Below are positions 8,513-17,175 of a DNA stretch of 64,000 nt, piece after piece (position 1 is the first letter of the stretch; every line of letters starts with the position of its first letter). The notes under the pieces were generated by a model. The model had not been told where the DNA came from. It saw nothing but the letters and a program-made list of their open reading frames with translations, and made no database searches. Origin of the DNA: an uncultured bacterium (GTDB lineage: Bacteria > Lernaellota > Lernaellaia > Lernaellales > Lernaellaceae); assembly GCA_964534375.1 (NCBI GenBank), contig CAZHPN010000001.1:20516-84515 (forward strand), read 5' to 3'. Made by a program: the position numbers and the translations under genes.

Positions 8513-9733
8513 CTACTTCTCTTTAAGCAATTCGACCGCGCGTTCGATCCCGCCGAGCGTCAGATCGACCATGGGGAAGATCTCGCGGACCAGGTTGATG
8601 GTGTACGTGCCGAGCGTGTAGTCCCAGCGCGATTCGTGGATCGGGTTGATCCACACGTGGCGCGGAAATCGCGCCGCGAGGTCGTTGAGGCAGTCGATGC
8701 CGGCGCGGCGATGCGGATTGTCGAATTCGATGCCGCCGTGCGCGTGCATCAACTCGTAGGGCGACATGCTGGCGTCGCCCAGGATGATGATCCGCGTGTC
8801 CGGCTCGCCGCGGATGAGATCCGCCAGCGGCACGGGTTTGCGCCAGCGTTCGTCATCCTCCCACACGGTGTCGTAAATGCAGTTGTGGAAGAAAAACGTG
8901 CGCAGGCTCTTGAACGAATCGCGCGCGTGCAGGAACAGCGCCCGCGTGCGTTCGATGTACGGCGTCATCGACCAGCCGCCGTTGTCGATGAACAAATGCA
9001 CCGCGAGCTTGTCGCGCAACCGGCGGTCGAACACGAGCGAAATCTCGCCGCCCTGTCGCACCGTCTCGTCGATCGACTTCTCCACGTTGAGCCGGTCTTT
9101 CGGCCCAACCGGCGCGAGGTGGCGCAACGCACGCAGGGCCTCGCCGAGCTGCTCGGCCGTGAGCGGCGTGTCGGCCGCGTAGTCGATGAAGCGCCGATCA
9201 AGCGCGACCTTGATGGCGCTGAGCCCGCCGCCCTGGCCGCCGACGCGCATCCCGCCCGGATGCCGGCCGCCGTGGCCGACCGGGCTGCGGCCGCCGGTGC
9301 CGATCCATTTGTCGCCGCCGTCGTGGCGCTCGGTCTGTTCGCGCAAGCGGTCGAGAAAGTAGCGGAGCAATTCATCGGGCGTCATCGCCTTGAGGCGCTC
9401 CAATTCGTCGTCGTCCAGGTGTTCGTAGGCGCGGGGATTTTGCAGCCACTCCTGCAGCAGCTGTTGCAGGTCCTGCTCCAGCGAGCGCGAAAACTGCTCG
9501 TCGATTTCCTTGCCCTGAAAATAGTTGGCGAAAATCTGGTCGTAGAGATCGAAGTGCCGCTCGCGTTTGATGAGCAGCGAACGCGCGACGACGTAAAAAT
9601 CGTCCAGGCTGACGATCAAGCCCTCGGCAAGCGCCCGTTGCAGCCGCAGAAAGGCCGTCGGGCTGACCGGCAAGCCGAAATCCCGCAACCGATAAAAAAA
9701 GGTCTCGAACACCTGCGCCTCCCGAGGCGTCAA
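8513..9733 (-). CDS. VWA-domain protein (COG3825/CoxE-like, usual partner of a MoxR ATPase)
   Basis: ERHDGGDKWIGTGGRSPVGHGG, DNGGWSM MIDAS-like motif, FFHNCIYD, GDASMSPYE, WINP. Confidence 0.85.
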   Translation of the reverse strand: MTPREAQVFETFFYRLRDFGLPVSPTAFLRLQRALAEGLIVSLDDFYVVARSLLIKRERHFDLYDQIFANYFQGKEIDEQFSRSLEQDLQQLLQEWLQNPRAYEHLDDDELERLKAMTPDELLRYFLDRLREQTERHDGGDKWIGTGGRSPVGHGGRHPGGMRVGGQGGGLSAIKVALDRRFIDYAADTPLTAEQLGEALRALRHLAPVGPKDRLNVEKSIDETVRQGGEISLVFDRRLRDKLAVHLFIDNGGWSMTPYIERTRALFLHARDSFKSLRTFFFHNCIYDTVWEDDERWRKPVPLADLIRGEPDTRIIILGDASMSPYELMHAHGGIEFDNPHRRAGIDCLNDLAARFPRHVWINPIHESRWDYTLGTYTINLVREIFPMVDLTLGGIERAVELLKEK

Positions 9734-9795
9734 CCGCCGCCACTAACAATATGAGTCACGGCGCGCGGTTTATCCACTCGCGGCCCGGCCCGCCG

Positions 9796-10452
9796 TCATT
9801 GGCCGTCGCGGCGATCCTGGATGATCTGTTGGCCGCGCTTGTACAGCTTTTCGGCGCAATCGAGCGCGAGGTAGAAAAGCGCGTTGTTCAACGCTTCTTC
9901 GATCGGGCTGGCGTGAATCGGCGCGCTCATGACGCCGGCGATCTTGGCGGGGCCGCCGTCGCGGGGCTGAAGCTCCACGGGCGCGGTCCGCCGCCGTCCG
10001 GGCCGGCCTTCGCCCGACAGCAGCAAGCCGCGTTCTTTCTGGCGCGCCGGATCGCGGACCGCGACGTCGAGGCTCAAGGTGACGTGCAAGCCTTCGGAAT
10101 CGCTCTGCAGATCGAAGTACGGGTTTGCCGGCGTGAGGATGAGGTCGTAGCCGGCGGCAGGCGGGGCGTCCAGCAAATCGGCCTGCACCGCGATCAGCCG
10201 CGCCGCCTCCACCATGCCTTGCAACGCCGACTCCGCCAGCTTCTGACCGAGGAGTTCCTTTTCCGCCAACCGCGTGGGAAACGCCTGCATCGCACCGGTG
10301 CGCACCACCGCGATGCGCAGCGGCAGCCGCGGGAAATCGGGCGGCACATCGGAAACGATGAACGGGCGCCCGGCGATCCGCAACGGGGACGAGCAACCGG
10401 CCGCGACGAGCGCGGACGCGAGCAACAGGAAGAGGAACTTCCGGCAAAACAT
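9796..10452 (-). CDS. Hypothetical lipoprotein
   Basis: Signal peptide with lipobox AAGC. Confidence 0.7.
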   Translation of the reverse strand: MFCRKFLFLLLASALVAAGCSSPLRIAGRPFIVSDVPPDFPRLPLRIAVVRTGAMQAFPTRLAEKELLGQKLAESALQGMVEAARLIAVQADLLDAPPAAGYDLILTPANPYFDLQSDSEGLHVTLSLDVAVRDPARQKERGLLLSGEGRPGRRRTAPVELQPRDGGPAKIAGVMSAPIHASPIEEALNNALFYLALDCAEKLYKRGQQIIQDRRDGQ

Positions 10453-10675
10453 GGCGCGATAATATTTTTTCGCCGCCCGGCTGACAAGGCCGGAATTCGC
10501 GCCGAAAAACGAGGCGAGTGGGCGCGGACCCGGCGCCGCATCAGGCTTTTTGAGTGCAAGATTACGGGAAATCCTGATTCCGGCTCAGGGCGGTTTTCGG
10601 CAAATTCGCGGTCGACCGATACATTATTTCACGGTCGCTCCACGGCGGCGGCGACGTTATTGCGGAGACCACAGC

Positions 10676-11767
10676 ATGCGCAGGCGCATCGGAACCAGGC
10701 AGCGAGCCGCCTTGTTGACGGCGCTGCTGGCGACCGTCGCCGCGTTGGGCCTGTTCCGCGCCGGCGCAGCCGCGACCGATTCCGCCCCGCCGCCGACGCT
10801 TCGCGAAACCGGCCTGTACGCGAACTTCGCCGCGCTGACGATCGACCCGCACAACCTGCCCTATGCGCCTCAATACCCATTGTGGTCGGATGGCGCAACC
10901 AAGCGGCGGTGGATCCATTTGCCTCCGGGGAAGACGATCGACGCTTCCGATCCGGATGTCTGGCTCTTCCCGGCCGGCACGAAGCTCTGGAAAGAGTTCT
11001 CGTTCCACGGCCGGCCGGTCGAAACGCGCCTGCTGGAGTCGCTGGGCGAAGGCGTTTGGCGATTCGCGTCGTACGTCTGGAACGCCGATCAAACCGACGC
11101 CGTCCTCGCGCCCGCCGCGGGGATTCGCAACATCGTCGAGATCGAGCCGGGCATCCGGCACAACATTCCGGCGGTGTTCGACTGCAAGGCCTGCCATTCC
11201 AGCCGCAAGGACGAAGCGCTGGGGTTCAGCGCGCTGCAACTCTCGCCGGATCGCGATCCCCGTGCGCCGCACGCCGAGGCGCCGCCCGCGGGCGCGGTCA
11301 ATCTCAACACGCTGATTGAACACCATCTCCTCCGCGGCTTTCCGGCCGCTTTGGCGCGGCGGCCGTTGCGCATCAACGCGCCGACGCCGACGGACCGCGC
11401 GGCGCTCGGCTACCTGCACGCGAATTGCGGCAACTGCCACAATCCGGGCGGTGCGGCGGAGGTGCTGAACTTGCAGTTGCGGCATCTCGTAGCGCCGGGG
11501 GCGACCGGCGAGCCGGCGCTCGCGACCGGCGTCAACAAGTCGGGCGAATTCGCGATTCCGGGCGCGCCGCCGGGCGAAACGCGGTTCATCCGTCCGGGCG
11601 ATCCGGCGCACAGCTCGGTCTTGTACCGCATGGCGACGCGGAATCCGCTGGAACAAATGCCGGCGCTCGGCACGAAGATCGCTGACGCGGAAGCGGTGCA
11701 GTTGATTCGACGCTGGATTCAAGAGGACTTGCCCACGGAGCAATCCGCGGGCGCTGCGAAACCATAG
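10676..11767 (+). CDS. Exported diheme c-type cytochrome-like protein (SO2930-like)
   Basis: Signal peptide; PLWSDGATKRRWIHLP, FPAGTKLWKEF, VETRLL; two CxxCH motifs (CKACH, CGNCH); QMPALGT. Confidence 0.8.
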   Translation: MRRRIGTRQRAALLTALLATVAALGLFRAGAAATDSAPPPTLRETGLYANFAALTIDPHNLPYAPQYPLWSDGATKRRWIHLPPGKTIDASDPDVWLFPAGTKLWKEFSFHGRPVETRLLESLGEGVWRFASYVWNADQTDAVLAPAAGIRNIVEIEPGIRHNIPAVFDCKACHSSRKDEALGFSALQLSPDRDPRAPHAEAPPAGAVNLNTLIEHHLLRGFPAALARRPLRINAPTPTDRAALGYLHANCGNCHNPGGAAEVLNLQLRHLVAPGATGEPALATGVNKSGEFAIPGAPPGETRFIRPGDPAHSSVLYRMATRNPLEQMPALGTKIADAEAVQLIRRWIQEDLPTEQSAGAAKP

Positions 11768-11785
11768 TTGAACAAAGGAGGAACC

Positions 11786-12388
11786 GTGAAAATGAAGACG
11801 ACGAAGTTCAGCCTGTTTGCATTCTGTGTTCTGGCGCTCGCGGCCGGGTTGCTGTTGACGGCCGCGGCGACCCCGCAGACCGACATGGTCAAACGCGGGG
11901 AATACCTGGTCAAGGCGATGGGCTGCGGCGATTGCCACACGCCGATGAAAAGCGACGAAAAGGGGATGGGGCCGGACATGACGCGGATGCTTTCAGGGCA
12001 CCCCGCGTCGCTGGTGATGCCGCCGGCGCCGAAGCTGCCCGAGGGCCCGTGGCTGGGCAGTTATTCGGCCACGTTTACGGCGTGGGCCGGCCCCTGGGGC
12101 GTCAGTTACAGCGCAAACATTACGTCGGACAAGGAAACCGGCATCGGCAAGTGGACCGACAAGATGTTCGTCGAAACGATTCGCGCCGGCCGGATCATGG
12201 GCAAAGGGCGCGAGCTGCTGCCGCCGATGCCGTTTGAAGATTTCCAGAATATGACCGATGACGATCTCAAGGCGATGTTCTTGTACCTGCTGACGACGCC
12301 GGCCTTGCGCAACAAGGTTCCCGAGCCGCTGCTGCTCATGCCTCCGGCCTCGCCGATGCCGCCCGCGTCGCCGATGCCGGCGCATTAA
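11786..12388 (+). CDS. c-type cytochrome (c-553-like)
   Basis: RBS AGGAGG; signal peptide; RGEYLV..GCGDCHTP, GPWGVSYSANITSDKETGIG, LPPMP. Confidence 0.85.
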   Translation: MKMKTTKFSLFAFCVLALAAGLLLTAAATPQTDMVKRGEYLVKAMGCGDCHTPMKSDEKGMGPDMTRMLSGHPASLVMPPAPKLPEGPWLGSYSATFTAWAGPWGVSYSANITSDKETGIGKWTDKMFVETIRAGRIMGKGRELLPPMPFEDFQNMTDDDLKAMFLYLLTTPALRNKVPEPLLLMPPASPMPPASPMPAH

Positions 12389-12583
12389 TCGACGTTTTCA
12401 CGCACGACCGGGCGGCCGGAAAACATTTTGCGGATGCGGAGGGGCGCGACGGATGGATTCAGCAACCTGACATGGACACCGACTCCGACCGGCATAGGAA
12501 CGCTCCTCGCACTATCCGGCAACCTTGACAGCCCGGAAAGGCGCGTGTTATCCGTCCAACAACTTTTCGCAAGGGAGAGACGA

Positions 12584-13333
12584 ATGCGGCAAATCGCGAA
12601 AATCGCGTTGATCGCAATGGCCGTGTCGGTTCTGACGGCGACGGCGGCGTTCGCGGAGTTGGCGGCGAACCAGCCGGCGAAGCCGGCCGGCAACGCGTCG
12701 GAGGTGACGGAGCACTTCTGGGACGTGGGCCTGGACATTGGTCTGCCCGTATACAGCGCGATGCAATTGGGCACGCTGAACACGCCGCAGGGCAAAGTGA
12801 ATATGACCGGCACGGGCACGGCCAGTTTCCCGTATCTCGGCGCACACTTTTCCTTGTTTCCGTCGCCCTCGTGGTTTGTTCAGTTCGGCCTGGGGTGGAT
12901 TCATCAGACCGGCACGGCGAAATTCACGACCGACGTGGCGAACCTGAAGCAGAACTGGAACGATGTGAATTTCGATTGGGGCATGAACGTCTTCCGCCTC
13001 GACGCCGGCATATTCAAGATCCTCGGCAGTTCGCAAATGGTGCGGCCCAAAATCGGCATCGGTCTGGGCGGCGATTACCTCAGCTTTTTCGATGAAGCCC
13101 ATGCGAATAAGACATGGTCCGGGTGGACCCTCTTTCCGTACGTCCTGCTGGGGCTCGATGTCCAGGTCTACTCCCGCAAGAACATCGGCACATTTTTGGT
13201 GGGCGCCGACCTGCGCGCCGACGTCGTTTATACCCTTTCGGCGTTGCACTCCACGGTGGCGGGCGACTCCGACACGCTCACTTTCCTCTGGATCCCGCTT
13301 TCGGTATATGTGACGGCCGGCTGGCGCTTCTAG
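12584..13333 (+). CDS. Outer-membrane beta-barrel protein
   Basis: RBS GGGAG; signal peptide ending AFA; alternating beta-strand pattern; C-terminal TAGWRF. Confidence 0.75.
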   Translation: MRQIAKIALIAMAVSVLTATAAFAELAANQPAKPAGNASEVTEHFWDVGLDIGLPVYSAMQLGTLNTPQGKVNMTGTGTASFPYLGAHFSLFPSPSWFVQFGLGWIHQTGTAKFTTDVANLKQNWNDVNFDWGMNVFRLDAGIFKILGSSQMVRPKIGIGLGGDYLSFFDEAHANKTWSGWTLFPYVLLGLDVQVYSRKNIGTFLVGADLRADVVYTLSALHSTVAGDSDTLTFLWIPLSVYVTAGWRF

Positions 13334-13360
13334 ACCCTCGCAACACGGGCGGCAAACACC

Positions 13361-13528
13361 ATGACCCCCAAACAAGAGCCCCCGCCGATCGAACCGGGCG
13401 AACCCGCCGCTCCGCCGGCGACCGCCCCGCGCCGCCGCTGGCCCGGCAACGAACGCGTCGAAGTGATCGTCGGCATCGCCATCGGCCTGATGATCATCAT
13501 CGTCTGGGTGTGGACCTGCCGCGGCTGA
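13361..13528 (+). CDS. Small single-pass membrane protein (55 aa)
   Basis: Manual translation MTPKQEPPPIEPGEPAAPPATAPRRRWPGNERVEVIVGIAIGLMIIIVWVWTCRG*; below the ORF-track length cutoff. Confidence 0.55.
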   Translation: MTPKQEPPPIEPGEPAAPPATAPRRRWPGNERVEVIVGIAIGLMIIIVWVWTCRG

Positions 13529-13529
13529 G

Positions 13530-13630
13530 ATTCGGGGCTCGGGATTCGGGATTCGGGGTCGGAAGGCTGGGAAGCCGAGAGAGCGGAACGGCCGCAGCCT
13601 TCCAGTCTCCCAGCCTCCCAGCCTTTCAGT
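13530..13630. repeat. Heptamer run plus inverted octamer repeats between convergent genes
   Basis: (GGATTCG)-type units, then GGAAGGCT GGGAAGCC ... GCCTTCCA GTCTCCCA GCCTCCCA GCCTTTCA. Confidence 0.7.
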
Positions 13631-14761
13631 CTATTCGAGCACGAAAATATTCTTCTCGCAGCACATGTCGCGCAGAACTTTCGGCCACACCGTGACGCTG
13701 ACTTCGCCCAGGTGCGCTTTTTTCAGCAGTTGCATGTAGGTGCGGCTCTGGCCGATGCCGCCGCCGATGCTGAGCGGCAGTTCATCGTTCACGATCGCCT
13801 GGTGATACGGCATTTTCAAGAAGTCGAGCTGGCCGGTGCGCTCGAGCTGGTCGCGGAGCGTCGCGGCGTTGACGCGAATGCCCATCGACGAAAGTTCGTG
13901 CCGGCGATGCGTCACCGGGTTCCAGACGAGGATGTCGCCGTTCAAGCCGTGCATCGGCCGGCCGGCGGCGGAAACCGTCGGGGTGACCCAGTCGTCGTAG
14001 TCGGCGGCGCGCATTTCGTGCGGATAACCGTCGGCGAGGGTCCAACCGATGCCGATGATGAAGACGGCGGGGTATTTCTGCAAAATCGCCGTCTCGCGCT
14101 GCTTGCGCGGCAAGTCGGGATACATCTCGAGAATTTCTTCGGCGTGCAGGAACACCAGCTCGTCGGGCAAATTGGGATATTTCTTCGAGGCCAGTTTCGG
14201 GAACATCTTGAGTGCGTGCCGCTCGGCGCCCTTGAGCACCTTCCAAATCTTGCGGACGACGTCCTTCAAGAAATCGAGGTTGCGCTGCTTCTTGGTGATC
14301 GCCAGTTCCCAGTCCCACTGGTCGACGTAAACGCTGTGGTCGTGATCGAGGAAATAATCTTTGCGCACGGCGCGCATGTCCGTGCACAGTCCCTGCCCCG
14401 GCTTCATGCCGAACTGCTTGAGCGCGACGCGTTTCCATTTCGTCGCGGCCTGGACGATCTGCGCCTCAATCGGATGCACGTTGCGATCGTTGTTGATGTG
14501 GAACTGGATCGGGCCGCGCGAGCCGTCGCGATCGAGATAGTCGTTCACGCCGCTCTCCGAATCGACGATCAGCGGCACGGTCACCATCATCAGGCCGAGT
14601 TCTTTGCACAGGTTCTTCTCGATGTACTGCTTGACCGCAAACAGCGCTTGCTGCGTCTCCTGGCGGTTCAGCCGCGACTTGTAGTCGGCCGGGAGAATCG
14701 CTTCCAACTCGTTGTAGTCGCCGATGCCGGGCCCGGCGAGATCCGCACGTTTGTCAGCCAT
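13631..14761 (-). CDS. asnA: Aspartate--ammonia ligase (asparagine synthetase A)
   Basis: KWKR, HSVYVDQWDWE, RAADYDDW, LNGDILVWNP, ELSSMGIRV, LPLSIGGGIGQSR; RBS GAGGTG before ATG 14761. Confidence 0.95.
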   Translation of the reverse strand: MADKRADLAGPGIGDYNELEAILPADYKSRLNRQETQQALFAVKQYIEKNLCKELGLMMVTVPLIVDSESGVNDYLDRDGSRGPIQFHINNDRNVHPIEAQIVQAATKWKRVALKQFGMKPGQGLCTDMRAVRKDYFLDHDHSVYVDQWDWELAITKKQRNLDFLKDVVRKIWKVLKGAERHALKMFPKLASKKYPNLPDELVFLHAEEILEMYPDLPRKQRETAILQKYPAVFIIGIGWTLADGYPHEMRAADYDDWVTPTVSAAGRPMHGLNGDILVWNPVTHRRHELSSMGIRVNAATLRDQLERTGQLDFLKMPYHQAIVNDELPLSIGGGIGQSRTYMQLLKKAHLGEVSVTVWPKVLRDMCCEKNIFVLE

Positions 14762-14863
14762 GATTTTCACCTCGTGTTGATGATTCGACGAAAAACGGGA
14801 ACGCCGCTGTCGGCTGTTCCGGGAAGGCCATCGACATGCGCCACCCTCGTGGTTCGGGGCCGG

Positions 14864-14891
14864 AGCTTAACACGACGGGCTAAACAGTCAA
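14864..14891 (-). promoter_or_regulatory. Candidate sigma70 promoter of asnA
   Basis: TTGACT-N16-TAAGCT on the minus strand with TG upstream of the -10 box. Confidence 0.4.
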
Positions 14892-14906
14892 CTCAGGGGG
14901 GCGGGA

Positions 14907-16772
14907 TTATTCCCGGAAGCGGCCGGTCATGATCAACTCGCCCTCTTCGAGCGTCGACGACACGGACAACGGCAGCTTTCTGAACAACCCGATCATGGGC
15001 GTGTTTTCCGGCGCGATATACGCGACGAAGCCGCCGATGCCGTTCTCGCGGGCCGCGTCCGCCAATCGCAGCAGGATTTTCTTGGCGAGGCCCTTGCCCT
15101 GCCACTCTTTCAAAACCGTAAACGCGACTTCCGCCAGGTCTCTCCCCGGCTCCAACATATAACCGCCGAGCCCCACGATTTTACCGAACCCGGCTTCTTC
15201 GGCGACCGCAACGACGGAGAGGTTGCGGATATAGTCGACCTGGAAGACGGTTTCCATCTCGTCGCGATGGAAGAACTTTTTGCGGGTGAAAAAGCGGAGC
15301 AGGATGTCCTGTTTGTCCATGTTGTAAAAATGTTCCTGAACCAGCCGGTCGTCGGAGGTCTTGATCGGCCGGATCGTCACCGGGCGGCCGTCGATCGCCA
15401 GCGTCTCTTCCATTCCCGCGGGATACACGCCAAACAGCGATTCTTTCAGTGTTCGCTCTTTGCCGATCAATCCCCGTTCTCGCGCTTTTTCGAAGAGGGA
15501 TTCCCGCGCGTCCGGGTGCGCGAGGCTGATCATCGCCATCGCCCGTTCCTGAATGTTCTTGCCGAAGAGGTTCACCGCGCCGAACTCGCTCACCACGTGA
15601 CTGACGTCGCTCGGGGGGATCACCACCGCGCCGATGTCCAGCTCGGGCACGATCCGGCTGGCGCGGCCGTCGGCGCCCACGGCCGGAATGATGATAATCG
15701 ATTTTCCTTCGGGGCAGAGCGACGCCCCGCGCACGAAATCGATCATCCCGGTCACGCCGACATAATGATTTTGCGGCAGCGCATCCGCGGCGACCTGCCC
15801 TTTCAGATCCATCTCCGTCGCGAATTGGATCGAGACCATGCGATTGCACTGCGCGATGATTCGCGGGTGATTCACGTAATCGGAAGGGTGAAACTCGACC
15901 GCCGGATTGCCGCGGATCGATTCGTACAAGCGGTCGCTGCCGATCGCGCAGGCGGCGATCAGCTTCCGTTCGTCGATTCCTTTCCGGCGGTTGGTGACGA
16001 CGCCTTTTTGCACGAGCGACATCACGGGGTCGGTCAGAAACATCGTGTGTACGCCGAGGTCGCTCTTGCCCTCCAGCGCGCGAGCGATCGCCTGCGCCGC
16101 AATGCCCGGACCGAGGTGGATCGTCGAGCCGTCATCCACCAGATTCGCGGCCATCTTCGCGATCGCCTCGGCGGCCGGATATTCGGGCAGGTCGAATACA
16201 GTCAGCAGATCCTCTTCCTTCTCCACAATCGCCTGCGCCTGGCTTACGTGAACGAAACCCTGCCCGGCAACCACCGGCATCTTGGGATTGACCTGCACGA
16301 TGACGAAATCCGCCGACAGCGCCGCGGCCAGCGTGATATCCACGGAAATGCCGAGATTCATGTAACCGAAATCATCCGGCGGCGACGCCTGGATCAAGGC
16401 GTAGTGAAGCGGCAGCAATTTCTGGCGAAACAGCGCCGGCACGGCGAACAGATTGATCGGCGTAAGAAAACGTTTGTTGGCGGACAGGCTCCGCACATTT
16501 CCGGAGCCCTGATAGATCGACCGGATATTGAAGCGCCGGCCGCCGCTTTCTTCGGCCATCAACGCGGCGATCGAGCTTTCCAGATTCAGCAAACGCACCA
16601 GCTCCAGATCGGAAACGCGCAGATCCTGATCCAACAGGACGTTGGTCAGGTATTGCGGCTCGCCGCACGACGACCCGATGAAAACCCGCTTGCCCGAGGC
16701 GATTTTCAAAATCGCCTCTTCGGCCGTGCAAAGCTTGCTCCGATAGTCGTCCAACCAGGCCGGCGCCCCCAC
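14907..16772 (-). CDS. Acetyl-CoA hydrolase/transferase-like domain fused to GNAT acetyltransferase
   Basis: RVFIGSSCGEP, SPPDDFGYMNLGISVD, VVSEFGAVNLFGK..ERAMAMISLAHP; C-terminal GNAT AEVAFTVLKEWQGKGLA; GTG start just after the STAS stop. Confidence 0.9.
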   Translation of the reverse strand: MGAPAWLDDYRSKLCTAEEAILKIASGKRVFIGSSCGEPQYLTNVLLDQDLRVSDLELVRLLNLESSIAALMAEESGGRRFNIRSIYQGSGNVRSLSANKRFLTPINLFAVPALFRQKLLPLHYALIQASPPDDFGYMNLGISVDITLAAALSADFVIVQVNPKMPVVAGQGFVHVSQAQAIVEKEEDLLTVFDLPEYPAAEAIAKMAANLVDDGSTIHLGPGIAAQAIARALEGKSDLGVHTMFLTDPVMSLVQKGVVTNRRKGIDERKLIAACAIGSDRLYESIRGNPAVEFHPSDYVNHPRIIAQCNRMVSIQFATEMDLKGQVAADALPQNHYVGVTGMIDFVRGASLCPEGKSIIIIPAVGADGRASRIVPELDIGAVVIPPSDVSHVVSEFGAVNLFGKNIQERAMAMISLAHPDARESLFEKARERGLIGKERTLKESLFGVYPAGMEETLAIDGRPVTIRPIKTSDDRLVQEHFYNMDKQDILLRFFTRKKFFHRDEMETVFQVDYIRNLSVVAVAEEAGFGKIVGLGGYMLEPGRDLAEVAFTVLKEWQGKGLAKKILLRLADAARENGIGGFVAYIAPENTPMIGLFRKLPLSVSSTLEEGELIMTGRFRE

Positions 16773-16774
16773 GA

Positions 16775-17137
16775 TCAAACGCCTTGTCCGGGAAGCGCGC
16801 GGCCCACCGCGGCCAACGCTTGCTCCTCGTTCGGCAAGATTTGCAGAATCGTCATAAAGCCGGCGATCTCGATGACCTCCCGGACATATTCCTGCAAACC
16901 GCACAGGGCGAGCGACCCATTCGCGCTCTTCATTTTCTTAGCGGCGAAAATTAACACGCGCAGGCCCGCGCTGCTGATGTACTCCAGCTCGGCGAAATTC
17001 AGAATCAGCCCGATCGTCCCCTCCCCGAAACAGGCGGTCAGACGTTTCTCGAGTTCGGGCGAGGTCGCCGCATCCAACCGGCCGGTGACGTTCACGCTGA
17101 TAGTCCGCGGTCCCTTTTGTTCGATTTTGATTTCCAT
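16775..17137 (-). CDS. STAS-domain anti-sigma-factor antagonist
   Basis: GRLDAATSPEL, LEYISSAGLRVL with the phosphorylatable Ser. Confidence 0.95.
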   Translation of the reverse strand: MEIKIEQKGPRTISVNVTGRLDAATSPELEKRLTACFGEGTIGLILNFAELEYISSAGLRVLIFAAKKMKSANGSLALCGLQEYVREVIEIAGFMTILQILPNEEQALAAVGRALPGQGV

Positions 17138-17175
17138 CGCCTGCTCCTTTCGGCCGGTGGGTTCGTGAAAGCCGG

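Noticed and set aside
14771..14863. Riboswitch or T-box in the asnA leader
   Set aside because: The leader is short and I could not recognise a conserved RNA motif; a covariance-model search would be needed.
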